A stretch of DNA of 64,000 nucleotides from Camelus ferus (taxonomy: Eukaryota). Both the position numbers and the translations under genes were made by a program. This document shows positions 27,781 to 41,446 of the stretch, one piece after another; the stretch's first letter is position 1, and each line of letters opens with the position of its first letter. The notes under the pieces are model-generated. The model saw only the letters and a list, made by a program, of their open reading frames with translations. It was not told where the DNA came from and searched no databases. Location of the stretch: the NCBI RefSeq assembly GCF_009834535.1, contig NC_045697.1, forward strand, positions 24,306,001-24,370,000, read 5' to 3'.

Positions 27781-28004
27781 ACAATTAAGGCCTTGATACT
27801 GTTACAGCTCCAGTCCTACACTTTGAAAGGTATTCTGTATTCTAATTCTAAAATGGTCAACTTGGTAGGAACCCTTCACTCCATATTCTGTCTAGTCTAC
27901 AGGCTTATAACTTGGCCTACACAGTGCTGAGAGTAAGGAACTGTTGTCAAGACTTTACTTTTTCTTAAGATCTTCATATTTTTGCCACGTTTCCCTGATG
28001 TGTT

Positions 28005-28640
28005 AAATCTAGTGGTTTAAAAGAAAAAGCATCTTGTGTCTCAGAGCTCTGCAGGTCGGCTGGATTCAGCTCTGCAGTCCTTCTGCTGGTCTCACTTGGT
28101 GTCTCAGGCAATGGCACTCAGCTGTGAAAATGAGGGTTAAACATTAAGAATTTAATGACAGCAGCAGCAGGGCAGTTAACCAAGTGCAGCACTCATCTAG
28201 GTGTAGGCCCTTCTAAGCACCTGGCCTTGTGGGACTACACAGATCAAATGCCCATGAAACCGACCCTGGATGTTGGCGGAGGCTGGCGTTGTCTTTAGGC
28301 TTAAAGACAATGGGATGCTAGGACAGCTGAACCTCATTCACTCCCTCTCCATGTAGTCCAGGGCTTCTCTTCCCCACCTGGCCTCTACACATGGTCTGTC
28401 CATGTGGTCTTTCCAGCAAGATCAAAGGACTTCTCACATGGCAACTCAGGGCTTCCAGTGACATGCATTCAAAGGGAGAAGATGAGGAAGCTCTGAGGTT
28501 TCTTAATAGCAAGTGCCAGGATTATTATTGTTACTGTGTTCAGTTGGTTAATGCAGTCATAGACCAACCCAACGTCATTTCAAGGGCATGCACACCAGAT
28601 GGCACGGTCCACTGGGGGCCATATATAGGAGGATAGCTAT
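28005..28640 (-). mobile_element. MLT1-like LTR interrupted by MER96B (~28135-28269)
   Basis: Antisense MLT1 motifs (ctctacacatggtctgtccatgtggtctttccagcaagat...gacttctcacatggcaactcagggc). The nested segment's reverse complement, cagggtcggtttcatgggc...gtgcttagaagggcc, is MER96B-like. Confidence 0.7.
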
Positions 28641-28649
28641 CATACTTAT

Positions 28650-28915
28650 TTAGTCCATCACAAGGGTTATTTCCTGACTTCTTTCAGATGTAGATGCAAT
28701 GTTACCTGCTCTGCAAGAGTCTTTGGACATCCTAACTAAAATGGTCTCTCCTCCCCAATATGTTATATCAATAATCAGATAGATATTTGTCTCACTGGAA
28801 TATTTTCTTCATGAGAGTAAAAACTTTGTCTTGTCTACTGCTGAATACCCAGTGCCTAGAAGACTGCCTTGCATAAAATAAGTAATTAAACATTTGTTAA
28901 ATGAATTAATCAATA
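28650..28915 (+). mobile_element. L2 3' end
   Basis: ...ctgctgaatacccagtgcctagaagactgccttgcata...aaacatttgttaaatgaat. Confidence 0.7.
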
Positions 28916-28964
28916 AATCTTACATATCAGAAACCACATGTATATATGTGTACATATGTATATA

Positions 28965-29056
28965 TCTCTATCTACCTATTTATCTATCATCTACCTTCTT
29001 TCTATCTATCTGTCTGTCTATCTATCTATCTATCTGCCTATCATCTATCTATCTCT
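28965..29056. repeat. Imperfect (TCTA)n tetranucleotide repeat
   Basis: tctatctacctatttatctatc...tctgtctgtctatctatctatctatc. Confidence 0.85.
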
Positions 29057-30121
29057 AATTCCCACTTGGAAAATGTAGGTAAAATAATTTGGGTTTCATT
29101 ATAGTAGGTTATAGTAGTGGAGATGGTCTGTAGGGTAGGAGTGTATTCAAGAAAAGTGTTCAGTTTAGATAGCTGAATCTGATTTTGCATATTTTTAGGT
29201 CTGTGCAGTGGCTTACACTCTGGGTAGCTATGCCAAACATGATCATAAAGATGGCTTTCTGATTTGGTTTATTATCGTGTACATAAACCGGCTCTTTCTT
29301 GCTTTTACATAACAAATTCTTCCATTATACGATGAAAGGGTCTGGTTTCTCTGTGTACTTCTTTGTAAGGGTCACAGTGTTGACTCTGACTGTTGGAAAG
29401 ACACCAATATACACAGTTAAAGGGAACAAGGGCCTTTGATGGTGATGCATAAATACTTGTAATCTTCCTCCTCTGCAGGCCCGTGGTGTGAAGAGGCTAT
29501 TAATAAACAAGTTTATTTAGAAGGACATTAGAAAATCAGCACAGGGAAGACGAGAGCATTGCTTTCCCTGTCTCCCAGGGAGAACAAATAAGTAGAAAAC
29601 TTACAGCGAAAAAGCCAAGAGCGCACATGAGCACATTTATGCAGTTCACATATGTGCATCTATCCTAAAGATATCTGTAGACATGACTGTGTCCCTGGAC
29701 TCAGCATTACTCAGGGATGTTAATTTCCTAAGAGTCAGAGCTTAATTGACATGCTACATTTGGCTCTTTGCATTCATTTATTTGCTTAGTCTAACTCGGA
29801 CTAATTATTTGACTAAGCAAGCAAGAGGTTGTTTTCAATCAGTCTGTACCAAGTGTCTAATACTGTCTTTGAGTGAAGGTTGTTTCAAATATCATGAGGC
29901 AGATTCTGAAACAGGCTAGTACTAAAAAAAAAAAAAAAAAAACTTGAGCATAAACATCTTTCTGAAAGAAAATGACAAAAAATAATATACTGTTCATTGT
30001 ATTATATTCCAAATAAATTTGATATCCAATCTTAAACTATTTCCCACTTTCCGACAGTCTTCAATCCAAATCCACTACCTTGAGCCCTCCCCCAAATCAC
30101 AAGCCCAAATCTTGTAACAAG

Positions 30122-30127
<6 letters not shown>

Positions 30128-30159
<32 letters not shown>

Positions 30160-30310
30160 AGGGAAGAACAAATCTGACTCCATATTAGATCTGTTTCTTA
30201 TACTCTAACTTTTGTGTTTTATTGCTTTTGCTGCAAATTAATCACTAAAGGGATGCTGCCTATAGCATAAAGTATACAAAATGGCCCATCTTAGGAACCC
30301 CTTCCCTCTT
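30128..30310 (+). mobile_element. (CA)n run fused to the 5' fragment of an ERV1 LTR
   Basis: aatagggaagaacaaatctgactccatattagatctgtttc matches the reverse complement of the right end of the 48559-49088 LTR. Confidence 0.75.
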
Positions 30311-32439
30311 ACTTTGTAGCTTTGTTGTTTGCTAGCTAAGTTAATATTTTAATGGACCTATTTGTTATATTCATTCTTTTTACTTTTGAGTTTGATTTAG
30401 CTAACACATAATAAATACACGTATAAAAATATATTCACTCAGCAGAGATTCTTCATTAATAAACCCGTTTAGAAAACATTTATTGAATACCTGCAATTGT
30501 CAGAAACCAAACTTGATCATTGGTTTCTTAGTTCTTAGGATCAATGCAGTCTACAGAGTGAAAGTTAAAGCCATGAGAAAACCGCATGTGCTATACGGTT
30601 ATCACATGCGTATGATAGTACATATATGCTATATAATAATGGACCACATAAAATATTGTTAATACACAATGCAGACTGATCACGCTAAGTATATTGACAC
30701 TTTTAAACAACTAGTCAAAAGTTATTATTCTTTAGGAATTTATGAAAAAGTATCTAGACACAAACTCCCAAGCCCCTCCTTCAAAATAAGATCTATTTAG
30801 TTAATTAAAGTGAGACTTTGAAAATATACAATGTGTTCAGAAGTTTCAATCTATGGTAAAAGTACATGCACGCAATTCATCTCATTCCTATAATAATTGC
30901 AAATTATGAGACTAAATGATTGAGGGAGTGGAGCCTTTCTTTCTTTGCTTTTTTTTTTTTTCTTTTCTTTGTTTCTTTTTCCAGTGTCCATATAAGAAAT
31001 TCCTGATGGTCATGAGAAATCCTTATGGAAATTCAGCTACCAATTCACAAGCTTCAATAAATGATCTTTTTTTTTTTTTTTCTGAAATGAAGATTTGTCC
31101 TCATGGGATAAATGGGTTTGAGATATTGTTGCTTTTATGGAAATTGCAGCCATTTTATCATGACACTTCAAAACAATATTTCTTACCGATTCGTATTTAT
31201 CTTTGATTCTAAAGATCTTCTGTGTTTGTAAGTGATAGATAAGAATCTTTCCAAATTTAATCAGTGCAATTCTCAATAGTATATTAGATTGTAGCTTACT
31301 GCATAGTTTTGATGTATTGCCTAAGAAAAGAAAAATATATACCCTGACTTGGTTTAATATGCCTTTTCAGAAGAGCATTAGAATTGGCTAGAAACCATTT
31401 TGACATGTACTTGAAGACTATAAATGCTGCAAATGACAGCTTTTAATCAATGTGATAAACAGCAAAGGTCTGTAAATGATATCAAATAATTTCTAAAAAT
31501 GAAAACTAATTTTCCACTCCCACTGCTAGCAAATTTGTCAACCACAGTTTGGTAGAACCAAAGCATCTGCTCTTTGAAGCTGTGTAAACTCTCGCAGTAA
31601 AATGATGCACTATTTTGTTTTCAGATATACATTCATCTCATTCCAAATTTGGTATGTTTATGAAGTACTAAGATAAAATTCCTGACTGAAAATTCTGTGC
31701 AGTTAGATTAAAGACAGGAGTTGTGTTGATTAAAGTTTGAGCTTCGCTATTGCTTTTTCTCCTTTTCAAAAAAAGTTCTTTCTTACTGTACTATAGGACG
31801 AGTATCTTTTCTTCTTTCTTTTCTGTCTTTTATTTCACTTTGAAATTTTTATTTTGAAAGAGCTAATACATGTAAAGAATATAAAACATTGACTTAGAGC
31901 ATAGCAGGCAATCAGGAGTTCTTAGATAATATTGTTATAAAGAATTGCATTAAACATTAATGTGTGTTAATGTTATAATTAAAAAAATACAGTTTTTGAT
32001 AACATGATATTAGCATGCTCTTTGGTCAGTGCCATATTAAGCACCTACTTCATACCCCGTGCCATGTAAACCGAAGAGACTGAAGTGCACCATGGGTCTA
32101 CCATGAATGTAAAGGTAAATAAACCACAAATACATGTCTTAAGGAATTTATTTAGTAAGGGAAATGTCTAAATTATATTTTAAATATTATTATCTTGTTT
32201 GAATTCTAAGAAAGATGCCTGTAGGAAATGTTTGGAGACTGAGAGGAAGACCATTTCAGATAGGAAGAATAATCTGAAAAAAGATACAAAAACAAGAACA
32301 TGGACAAAAATATAAACTCTGGTATTTCTGGATATACACTGTAGAGTGTGATGGGACTTTGATAAAAATTTATGTTGGGCCAGTCCATGCTTAAGGCCTC
32401 TTCTTTTTTTGTTTGCTTGTTTGTTTTGGGTTTTTTTTT

Positions 32440-32800
32440 TTTTTTTACTGCAATGTTCTTCATCCATCTGTCTTTCATGGTTCAGTTCCTGTAGATTTCT
32501 GCACATTTATCATCATTTTTGAAAGCCCTTCCCCAATCACCCTATATAACATAGAAAATCTACTGTCACCTCTCCTTACCATAGCCTTTTATTCCCATCC
32601 TGCTTCCTTACTATAAAGGTGCTTAAAACCATTAAGCACAGTACATACCTACGCATTTATTTGTTTTAATGTCTCTGTTCTTGAGCTAATGAACATTCCA
32701 TTAAGGAAGCAACTTTCTTTTGTTTATTTCAATATTCCCTACTAGTACCTAGAGCAGTGCCTGGCAAACAAGTACTCAATAAAGTTTTTTTCTTGAATTA
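32440..32800 (+). mobile_element. L2 3' fragment
   Basis: ...tagtacctagagcagtgcctggcaaacaagtactcaataaag. Confidence 0.65.
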
Positions 32801-33361
32801 TTGATTTAACTTACTTACTCATTCATCAAAATTTAAGCAAACATGCATAATTAGTTTTTAGTGGAGACTCCTTTCTATTTCTCTGGAATATTTGAATTCC
32901 CTTTTCTAGATTTGTCTTGTTTACTGTTTTGTCTTGTTTACTGTTGAATCCTGAGCATGTAAATGGAATATAATAGGTGCTTAAAATACATACAGTGAAG
33001 GAATGAATCTACAAGCATCATTCCAATGCCTTTGTTGTTGACTTCTCTTCATCTGAGTCTCTATTCTATATGCCTATACTTTCTACTTGATCATTCTATT
33101 CTTTAAAGGCTACTTCTCTGAGAATCCTCTAAATGTTGGTGTTTTTCAAAATCACATTCTAGGTGCCTTCCTATTTCATATACTCTCCATACATCTTTTT
33201 ATCAATTTTAATTCTATGGAAATTTGTCTCAGGATTTCTTTTAAAAACACTGATCCTTTATTTTGATTTAAAATTCATTTTGTCATATGAATTTAAGACA
33301 TTTGATAAGACTTGTTAATGGAAATATCTACATTTACCATTAGAAAAAAGTTATGAACCAC

Positions 33362-34338
33362 TGTGACATCAGCAACATGGCTGAATAGATGTTCCTCCAC
33401 TGAACAACATTTTAGCATCCATTCACAGACAAAGGTACCTTTGCAGGAACTGTGGGATCCAGCAACATACACTAGGGAATCCAGGAGGAATATTACTTAC
33501 CTGTGTGTCAGGTGATAGGCATAGAGACCTCAGTCCTGGCCGTGGGCGAGTAGTGCCCCATGAACCAATTCCACACTGTCCTAGGAGCCTTTGGAAAACA
33601 CTGTCTGAGACAATCACCCACAGGTGAGAGAGCTGTTGTGTTTCTAACCAAGAAGTTCCAGTACCCCATTGGAGCCAAAAATAGAAATTTAATGAATTAG
33701 GAAGGGTAACAAATTGTTTGACTTAGCATGCATCATAAGCAACAAAAGCAGAAATAAACAAGTGGGACTCCCTCAAACTAAAACGCTTGTTGCACAGCAA
33801 AGGAAATCATCAACAAAATGAAAAGGCAACCTACAGTATGGGAGAAAATATTTGCAAACCATATATATGATAAGGGGTCAATATCCAAAATATACAAGAA
33901 ACTTGTACAACTGAACAGCAAAACAAATAATCCAGCTTAGAAACTGGCAGAGAAACTGAATAGACATTTTCCAAAGACTTGCAAATGGCCAAGAGGTACA
34001 TGAAAAGGTGCTCAACTTCACTAATTATCAGAGAAATGCAAATGAAAACCACAATGAGATATTACCTTACACTTGTTAGAATGGCTACTATCAAAAGACG
34101 AGACAAAAATGTTGGCAAAGATACGGAGAAAAGGAAACACTTGTGCACTCTTACAGGAATGTAAATTTCTATAGCCACTATGGAAAACAGTATGGAGGTT
34201 CCTCAAAAAATTAAAAAATAGCACTGCCATATGCTCCAGCAATCCCATTTCTGCTATAGATGTAAAAGAAATGAAATCAGGACCTTGAAGTGATATTCGC
34301 ACTCCTGTTTTCATTGTGGGGCATTGTTCCACAGCAAA
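33362..34338 (+). mobile_element. L1 with 5'UTR start joined directly to the ORF2 C-terminal region
   Basis: gtgacatcagcaacatggctgaatag resembles an L1M 5' end. From ~33740 the sequence is ORF2 3' region ([31 protein letters not shown]). Confidence 0.8.
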
Positions 34339-36038
34339 CAGCCTCCCCGCATGACATGTGCTGTCCATATAGTTTTGGTTTTTACTACAAAAGCCCTCAG
34401 TGTTGATTACCACATAATTTACCTGGTTCCGGAAGTACAGACCAAAAATAACCTATCTATGAGGTTGCACAGCTGAACCTAGAGTGAGGTGGCTGCTCCC
34501 TGGGATAAATGAGAAATGCTATTCTCAGGAGGTTAATTATCGCAAATTAGGAGCTTTCAGTAGTGTGGAAGCATCAGGAAAGAAATAGTAGATTAGCACT
34601 GATACAGTCTCCTGGGCTCTGATGGGAAGCACTGCACACTGACACTAATGAAAAAGTCAGAAGCAACCATGCTTCAGATGCTTAGAATTCCAGGTTTCAG
34701 CGTATTAAGAATTCAGTCAAATAAGACTCAAAAGAGCTTTAGGATTACAATAATTGAGTGAAAGGATGACTCTTGAATATGGGCCCCCACTTTAGGGAAA
34801 TCATTCTCTCTTTTTTTAATGCATTTTTCTGAGAGTCATGTATGTATACCTAATTAGAGCTTCTGTATTTTTACTGCTTTAAAATTAAAGTTTGATTAGA
34901 GAAGAATAATGCCTCATTTCAATGCCTATGGATATTTTATGTCTAGAACTTCTACCCAAGTCAGGGGCTTTGTGGTAGTAAAGTGTGTGTATGAAAACCG
35001 AGGCGCACTGAGCCTCTCCTGTTCTCTCCCTGCGAACACTCTCCCCAGGACAAACAAAAACGAAACAAACTAAACTCACTCCACACACTGCTGTATTAGA
35101 AGTTTATTTCTGCAACATGAATTTTGATTACCCATATTTTAAAAGTCCATGACTTTAAATGTAAAAGCTCTATTCACGTTAGATAGCCACAAATCCAAAC
35201 ATAAGTTATAATGAATTTGTTCATGTAAACGATTAGAAATGGAGAAACACAACCTCATTGATGGTCCTAATCTTTTTTTAAACTTTTTCTTTTCCTTTTT
35301 TTAATTAAAAAAAAAGTTTATTGTGATTGTTCTTAAATTATGAAGTAATACATGCTTATTATAGGACATGCAGAATGTATAGAATAGTAGCATGTAGAAA
35401 AAATATTCACCAAATATGATCATTTGTTTAAAAAAATCTAGTGCATTTTCTTCTAGTCCTTTGTCTCTTTGCAATTGCATTTATAAGGTGTATCAAATGT
35501 TGTATATTAAAAAAACGTTAATGTAACAATGTAATCTAAGCATTTTATTTTCTGAGAAATTATTTCTAAATCATAAAATGGCAACAAGTATCAGGTTAGT
35601 TAGTCCAAGAAAATTGACAGAAATCTGTATTAGGAAAGTATAAACAATTAGTAAAAGGAGATAATTGCTGTTCTATAACTTTATAAGAAATTTCAAATGA
35701 GGAGACTGAGGGTCAGGGTAAAAATTGAATTGACTGAGTCACAAGAATGAATGCACCAGAATTCTACAGCTGCCTATGTAATCTGAAATTCTAACCCTTC
35801 TACATCAGCTCACTGCCTCACTATTCTGAGTCAGATGACACATGAACACTCCCTATTGTGGCTGCTCGACTGCTTCCTGTCCTATATTAAAGATGTTATG
35901 AATCTCATTTAACATTTTCTTTTTTCATATTTCTCCTTATCATAAATTTGTAGAATTAGAACTGCTAAAGTAAAGTATATAACTTCTTTGTGGTCCTTAG
36001 TTTATTGATTCATGCTTTCTAGAAAAGTAGTGTCCATG

Positions 36039-36576
36039 TGTTAGGTAGTTAGATAAGTGGGGGCACCGGGCAGGTAGGTGGAGGAGAGGGAGGATGGTCC
36101 AAAAGATGGCGTTATGCCCACCTGAAGCATAAAGGGGTGCTTTACCTCTTCTGAATGAGTGCCAACAAGAGACCAGTTAGAACCTGACAGCCACAACTAC
36201 ATGGTAGCAAAAAGGACTTAATCAAAGAATTTAACTGGACATAACCTGATGTTCATTGCATTATAATTAACATTGCGATTTAGGTTGCCCCTTTGGGTTT
36301 TTCTATATATACCAGGAATAAGTAAATATGCAAAGGGATTAAACATGACTAAGCACTTCAGGGACAAATCAATCAAGCGAGGGTATAAGAAAAAGGGAAA
36401 CCAAAAACTGCTGCTTTTCCTCCCTCGGATCAGCCCGCCTCCCATTCTTGGAGTTGTACTTTCCCTTTTCTAAATAAATCCTTTAAAATTTTTTGCCACA
36501 CAACGCACTATCTCCCAACTGTAAACTTGTCTTCTGGGTATGACAAGACCTGGGGTCTTTACCTTTTGAGGTAACA
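36039..36576 (+). mobile_element. Lineage-specific ERV1 solo LTR
   Basis: TGTTAGG...GGTAACA termini, exact TSD CATG, tataag and AATAAA (~36473). Same family as 63254-63700. Confidence 0.92.
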
Positions 36577-36683
36577 CATGCAACACTCCAAGTAACAACA
36601 TTTTATAGAAAGAGAGGCAATTAGCTGCCCTCCCAAAGTTTTTTATTGCCTTTTTATATAGTGACTAAATATTTAAATGACAC

Positions 36684-37050
36684 ATGGCAGACCAGCTAAA
36701 ATGTTCATTTCCCAAACTCTCTTGAACTAGATATGGCCATATGACAAGGTTCTGGCCAATGGGTTATAAGCACAAGTGATGTTTGAATCTTAGGGACAAA
36801 CTTCTAAAAAGAAAGAAGCATACTTTCCTTCCCCAATCTGCAGATTGGGGATGCTAAAGTACTGATGAGCCATCTTTAATCATTGGGCAAAGGTGAACCC
36901 TAGAGATGACAGATGAAATAGATGGAAAATTATTGAGTTCCTGAAAGCTTCAGCTTGGTATACAGCCATGAACAACACTGCTACAGAATGTGTGTGTGTG
37001 TGTGTGTGTGCATCTTGTTGACCACTGTATTTTTCATTCTCTTGTTGTAG
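36684..37050 (+). mobile_element. Old MLT1-like LTR with (TG)n at ~36989-37010
   Basis: tagatatggccatatgacaaggttctggccaatggg...tgaccactgtattttt matches MLT1I/J-like motifs. Confidence 0.6.
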
Positions 37051-37471
37051 TCATCTGTCTTATATTGTTGTGCACACACACATAAACACACAAGCACATG
37101 CACTATTTGTTGGTTTGCTTACAATTATTTTTCTTTTTCTAATTTGTTATTATGCCAACTTGGTGATTTATCTGATTACTAATGATTATCCAAATGCTTT
37201 TCCTTACTTGATTTTTTCTGTTTTTGAATCTAGCTTATTTACAATTTGTCTCTCAGATTTACAGCAAACAAATATTCTCTGCTCTGTGTTTTTGTTGGTA
37301 ATTGTTTCTTTATAGTATAATACTACATAGAAGCAAAACTAACGTAAGTTGAAAATTTAAACAAATCCTACTGAATAATAAGAAATGACTTAACCTATTT
37401 CTCAGTTTTTACCATCTATCTACCTATCTACCTATCTATATAGTGGGGGGGGGGGGGTTTCCAGAACTATT

Positions 37472-38190
37472 TGTATAGTAGAGATATAATAACAGGGGCA
37501 AGGACTTCTCAATTTCAGAGGAATAAATAGAAGGCCATCTTTGGATTATTTAGACTTTCTCTGTCAATTGTATCAATTTGAACTTATTAGAGACCAGTAA
37601 GTCTGATGATTATAACTGGGAAAGTCGGTCTTATGCATCCAGTCTTTCCGTCCCCACCAGATGCATGAGAATGGGCTGTGGGCCTGGAATAGTTCATTAA
37701 CCAGATAAAAAGCCCATATGGCCTAAGCCAGGCTTATCACCTTGGATGGGAATATCTCTCCCTGTTTTGGGCTCAATACCATTTGAAGCCTGTATGTTAT
37801 ATAGCACCTGGCCAACCCCACTGTTATATCTGTCATCTTCAGGGAGGGGACAGGGTCCTTTCTACTGTGGCACAAGAAGGGTGCATATAGGCAAACTGCT
37901 CTGCATCAGCCACTAGGAGAGACTGGCTGTCCTTGGGGGACCAACACCCACTATTGGAGCTGATCCTGACCTATTTCTTCTCTATGTAATTAAAATGTTA
38001 TTCTATTGCTTGACTGCATTGTGTTCTTCTTGATGACTCTGATACCAAAATGCAGTGGGCAGAAGTGCTTGGAATTCTATTGCTGGGGCTGGCATCGTGA
38101 TGCTCTTTGCTATTCCCCCACGTAGTTTGAATCCTTCCCTGGGGTTGGTGACCAGGTGCATAGTGTTCTACTCTCTTGGGATTGATAACA
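37472..38190 (+). mobile_element. ERVL LTR, MER54/MER74-like
   Basis: TG...ACA termini. cttctctatgtaattaaaatgtt...gactctgataccaaaatgcagtgggcagaagtgct resembles the MER54-group consensus. Confidence 0.6.
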
Positions 38191-39036
38191 CTTGCAAGGA
38201 ACTCTCTCTGATCACCGTTATTATCAACTTAGCAGTACAATTCTGACAGAATACAGGATGATTGCTAACATCAAACACAAACATTTTGGTAGAAACCCCA
38301 AAAAAGTAGGAATAAATAGGCTTTAATCTGATTGTTTAAAATACTCAAGAAGTCTTTTGTGTTAGGCTCATGAATGATGCCCTTGCGTGCTTTTGTCTTT
38401 GATGTTTAGATCCATGTCCACATAGCTTCTTCACATCATGTTGTACTTCTCATATAACAAACAGCGTGCATGGTTTTATACAAACTAATAGTTGACTACT
38501 TTTTCATTTTGGGTAGTGTAATGAACTACCTACGAATTTCTTTGGATTTTACTTCTGTAACAGCCATGTTCCTGCAAACATATTTTTTAAGTAAATATGC
38601 ACTTCAACTTTATATGTAGAACTTAATGAAGAAAAGGCTATTAAATATTGTGCAACTAAAATTGTATAGCCTAGGATATCAATAAAAGGGAGCAATATTC
38701 TTACATAGAGACAAAAACTGAAATATTCTATTTCCGAGTCTTGGCACAAAAGTTAAAAGGATCCCCAATTCTCTAACATAGCCCAGAATTGAGTGAGGCA
38801 ACATATAACTTAGAAAACAAGTTTTACCTTACATCATTTTAGTCTTTCTTCTGATCCATATCCCCAACTCTGTCAAACCAGATTGATGTTCTGATGTATC
38901 CTAAGATAATTTATTGTAATCTATTGTGTGATCGACGTAGTCCAAACTCTCAGCAAAATATAATCATTTTGTGTAATCAAAAAAAAATTTCCAACTAATT
39001 AAAAGTAAATTTAAATTATTGAAAATATTGACCACT

Positions 39037-39222
39037 GTATATAAAAATAGATAAAAACAGATTTCTTCTGCATAGCACAGGGAACTATATCAATATCTTG
39101 TAATAACCTTTAATGAAAAAGAATGTGAAATCAAATATATATATGTATATGCATGACAGGGACATTATGCTGTATGTCAGAAATTGACACATTGTAATTA
39201 ACTATACTTCAATTGAAAAAAA
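39037..39222 (+). mobile_element. Lineage-specific L1 3' end
   Basis: tagcacagggaactatatcaatatcttgtaataacc...gaaattgacacattgtaattaactatacttcaatt followed by an A-tract. Confidence 0.85.
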
Positions 39223-41446
39223 TTATACATGCTTTTGCCAGATATTCTAAAGAGAATGCAACAAAATTTTTGAAAAATTCTTTACCTTCTTGAAAATCTG
39301 CTTTTGTCATACATCACAGATACTTCTGTATAACGCTCCCTCATAATTCATCAAAAGTTGACCCCATAGCATTGATCTGAATGTTTTTCTCATCTTCTGC
39401 TTTTATTTTGCCTCTCCATTTTTGTCTCCCTCTACCCATTCTCCCAAGTATCAATCACAAAACACAAAGAACCTGTCTGAGATAGAGGAAAGTAACAAAC
39501 AAAAACCTCATGCTGGAGAAAAGACACAATGCTCTTTATGGAAGGGACAGATTATCTGGTCCAACTCATGTGTTAGTAAATATCCTGACATACTGATTAC
39601 ATATATTAATGTCTATGTGCAGTGAAGTTTTGATGTTTGAGGAGACATTTTTATTCTTATTTTCTCAATTCTACCTACATAAAGTTTACAAATTTGAAAA
39701 CTCTACTTCTTAGTTTTCATTTATTTCAATATACAACTTCTGTATATTAATCATATATTTAAGTAATTTATATATAAAATAAAATCACTTTTTAACAAGT
39801 GTATTGTTACATTTAATTAATTGATAAATTTCAGATAAATTTCCTTAAAAATTTAACCCTATTTTCATATTTAATTTATCAAATTATTTTGGCCTTTCAG
39901 TGTATAATTGCAATTTAATATAGCTAAGTTTTTTCAAAGGTAAGCACCTAAGAAAGCAGAATTACTTATTTAAAAACTAGAATCTCACTAAGCATATAGA
40001 ACAAATATGCTAACTCAGATATAAATTTAGTAGCTCAAGTGTTCAAACAACTTAAAAAATGCACATCAAATCACACAATGGTTAAAATTGTTTGTTAATT
40101 CTCCCGAATGTCACAAATTAAAAGCATTTTCTTTCTAACAATTCCATAGCTATAAATCTATTCACACGCTGAAGGGGAGTTCCAGAGCAGCCAAGATCAC
40201 ATGATCATAACTCAGATATAGAAAATGAGTATGAATGAAGATAATTGGTTAAATAATTACCACTGCACATAGCCTCTGGACAAAAGTGACCCAAGAACAA
40301 AAGCAACATAGGCCTTGGATATGATCCAAGACTGTACCAGAGAATGGTAATGTGACTTTTAATGTTTTTTTTTCTGCCATGTAAATTAGGTTTGCCATCA
40401 ACCATGCCCTTCAACTGGGACTTAGTTAATCCTTTGTTCTCCATTTCTCAAAACTTCTCCCTTCCATTGAAATAATCCATGACTAATATAAAATATACCA
40501 CTGGAGGCTCCATGGGTCTTCAGATTTTAATCTCCTTTGGGGTAAACAGTGTAATTATAACAATGAACAGAGCAAAGTTTCAATTTCCAACTTTCTTAAC
40601 CAATTGGTTGAGTTAATGAATATGATATTCCGTGTCTTCTAATGGACAGGCTGCAATTGTTATTTACTACTTCTGAGTTACGAATAAGATATGAAAACTT
40701 ATCTTTCTAACTTTAATTGCTTTTGCAATAATTCTTCAAATAATCTCTTTAAGAATAAACATGAAGTTGCAGATTCAAGTTGGAGATTTGATGAAGAACT
40801 TTCTTGCTTATTTTTTATGGCTTTCATTATTAATTACATCATGAAAGTTTGTAATTTTCTGTTTATGTATTTTTAAGGATCAAATTTGATACAATTCTAC
40901 TCACTTTTATTGTTCCCACATTTTAGAAATCTAAACAGAATATTTAAATGTTAAACATGTAAATATCACAATTCTCTCATACATGGCCCCAGTTATCCAC
41001 AGAATTTAAAAGGGAAACTTAGGACATTGTGCTAAGTGAAATAACCTAGCCAGAGAAGGACAAATTCTACTTGATTCCAGTTATATGAGGTATGTAAATA
41101 GCCAAACTGATAGAAACAGGGAGTAGAATGGTGGTTGTCAGAGGTTGCAGGGTGAAAGAAATGGGGAAATGTTGGTTAAAAGGTACACAGTTTCAGTTAT
41201 GCAAGATGAAAACGTTCTAGAGATCTGATCTACAGAACGCCTATAGTTAATGTTAACTAAGAATTCCAACAGAGACTTTGTTGAAATAAAAAGGCATTTA
41301 TTTGGGATTTGTTAGGACTACAGATTGGGAGACACAGATTCAAGGAGTACTTGAATTGTGTTCCCCTCACTACAAAATGAGGGAAGCTTATAAATGAAAA
41401 AAAAAGTTACAAAAGTTATTGTCAAGAATAAGGATTGGACTATTCC

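Noticed and set aside
30583..30610. Hairpin cgcatgtg-N12-cacatgcg
   Set aside because: An 8-bp stem is too short for a miRNA or structured RNA call and is expected by chance.
32912..32945. 17-bp tandem duplication (ttgtcttgtttactgtt x2)
   Set aside because: Routine slippage event.
39901..39939. 39-nt segment with good splice signals (tttcAG...aag|GTAAGC)
   Set aside because: It has stops in all three frames, and it shows that exon-like motif pairs arise by chance in this window.
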